Positions 63,294 through 64,000 of a stretch of 64,000 nucleotides of DNA are shown in pieces. Source of the stretch: a virus (taxonomy: Duplodnaviria; Caudoviricetes); IMG/VR virus record IMGVR_UViG_3300010151_000010, positions 1 to 64,000 of that record; one strand, 5' to 3'. The position numbers and the translations under genes were made by a program. The notes under the pieces were generated by a model that was not told the origin of the DNA, made no database searches, and saw nothing but the letters and a program-made list of their open reading frames with translations. Numbering within the stretch: the stretch's first letter is position 1; the number at the start of each line of letters is the position of its first letter.

Positions 63294-63994
63294 TCCTCTT
63301 CATCTCTTGACTCTTCGCAGTAAGTTCCCCATAACCAAGGCGGAACTCTTACTTCATTGATTGAAGAGCCTACACCTACGCCTATTTTGCCCGCATCCAA
63401 ATATGCTACCATCTCTTCTCGGCTCAAGGCAATATAGCACCTTTCTTTGGCCCTAAACCGCATGAAGTATCTATCTCCCATCAGTAAGTGGTAGTCGTCG
63501 GGGTCAATCACTATCTGCTCGCCTGTGTTTGGGTTGAGTGCTTTGTAGCCCCATATTTCGATGGACTTAGTCTCGCCATCATCGAGAAGAATCTCCCTAT
63601 TTTCGATATATTCCGGCCACAGATTTTCCAGCCCCATATCCATAAGCAAAGTTCCATCCTTGTCGGCCCATCCTTTAGCGACCTCTCTCTTCATTGTGAC
63701 CTCTTGGAGGTAAGCCTCTTCTGCCGTTTCCGGTAGCGGTAGTATAGCCACATCGTCATCCAATACGGTGACTCCCGCATCCCACATCAACGTCTTCATT
63801 CTATCGTGATTCTCTCTCACTTCATCGCTCTCTATCATGGATTGTAGTCGCCACTTGTTTTCTGTTTCCTTGATATATGTCAGCCCACTTCCTTCGGGCA
63901 TCCATAGACCGCCTACACTCATTTGTGCAAAGTGTTCCTTCGCCCATTCTATCAGTTCTTTCGTTGGTTTCCATTGTTCATTCATTTCATTCAT
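63290..63994 (-). CDS. Hypothetical protein
   Basis: 234-aa ORF ending EEE* in an ATGA overlap. Confidence 0.65.
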   Translation of the reverse strand: MNEMNEQWKPTKELIEWAKEHFAQMSVGGLWMPEGSGLTYIKETENKWRLQSMIESDEVRENHDRMKTLMWDAGVTVLDDDVAILPLPETAEEAYLQEVTMKREVAKGWADKDGTLLMDMGLENLWPEYIENREILLDDGETKSIEIWGYKALNPNTGEQIVIDPDDYHLLMGDRYFMRFRAKERCYIALSREEMVAYLDAGKIGVGVGSSINEVRVPPWLWGTYCEESRDEEE

Positions 63995-64000
63995 CTCCTT

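Larger units (their letters stand above)
1..64000. mobile_element. Fragment of an archaeal tailed virus genome (magrovirus-like, probable Poseidoniales host)
   Basis: Tail operon on + and archaeal-type replisome plus thermosome on -; dense overlapping genes; GGTGA(T) SD motifs; no cellular housekeeping genes. Confidence 0.88.

Noticed and set aside
36495-63736. Plus-strand ORFs in the replication arm (e.g. 36996..37799, 53462..54082)
   Set aside because: Antisense to well-supported, tightly coupled minus-strand genes
1-64000. tRNA, rRNA, integrase or alternative genetic code
   Set aside because: None recognised; long ORFs read through under the standard code and little intergenic space exists

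Overview
This 64 kb window is part of a tailed dsDNA virus genome (Caudoviricetes) that infects an archaeon. Gene content best fits a magrovirus-type virus of marine group II Euryarchaeota (Poseidoniales); this is inferred from archaeal-type replication genes, a group II chaperonin and GGTGA(T) Shine-Dalgarno motifs. Two arms converge at 35941/35942. The + arm (1-35941) is a non-contractile tail operon: head-tail adaptor, terminator, tail tube, an acidic SAP protein, a tail chaperone pair joined by a G GGT TTT -1 frameshift site, a short tape measure, a 5612-aa LamG-containing giant, a hub and three modular fibres with chaperones. The - arm (35942-64000) carries a near-complete replisome (PolB, PCNA-like, RFC, PriS-PriL fusion, MCM-like, RPA-like, XPF, Cas4-like, DEDD exonuclease, degenerate ligase), a thermosome, possible transcription-takeover proteins, a kinase-like protein and many Zn-finger microproteins. 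Main leads: (1) small genes built from shared near-identical DNA blocks with swapped variable parts; (2) a perfectly conserved 23-bp TATA-containing element in four copies; (3) a plug-and-socket arrangement of the three fibre proteins; (4) a P-loop ATPase split across two genes; (5) an N-terminal AFDKAW/LAKAW peptide. No capsid, terminase, RNA gene, CRISPR array or integrase was seen. All functional calls come from reading motifs by eye, without database searches.
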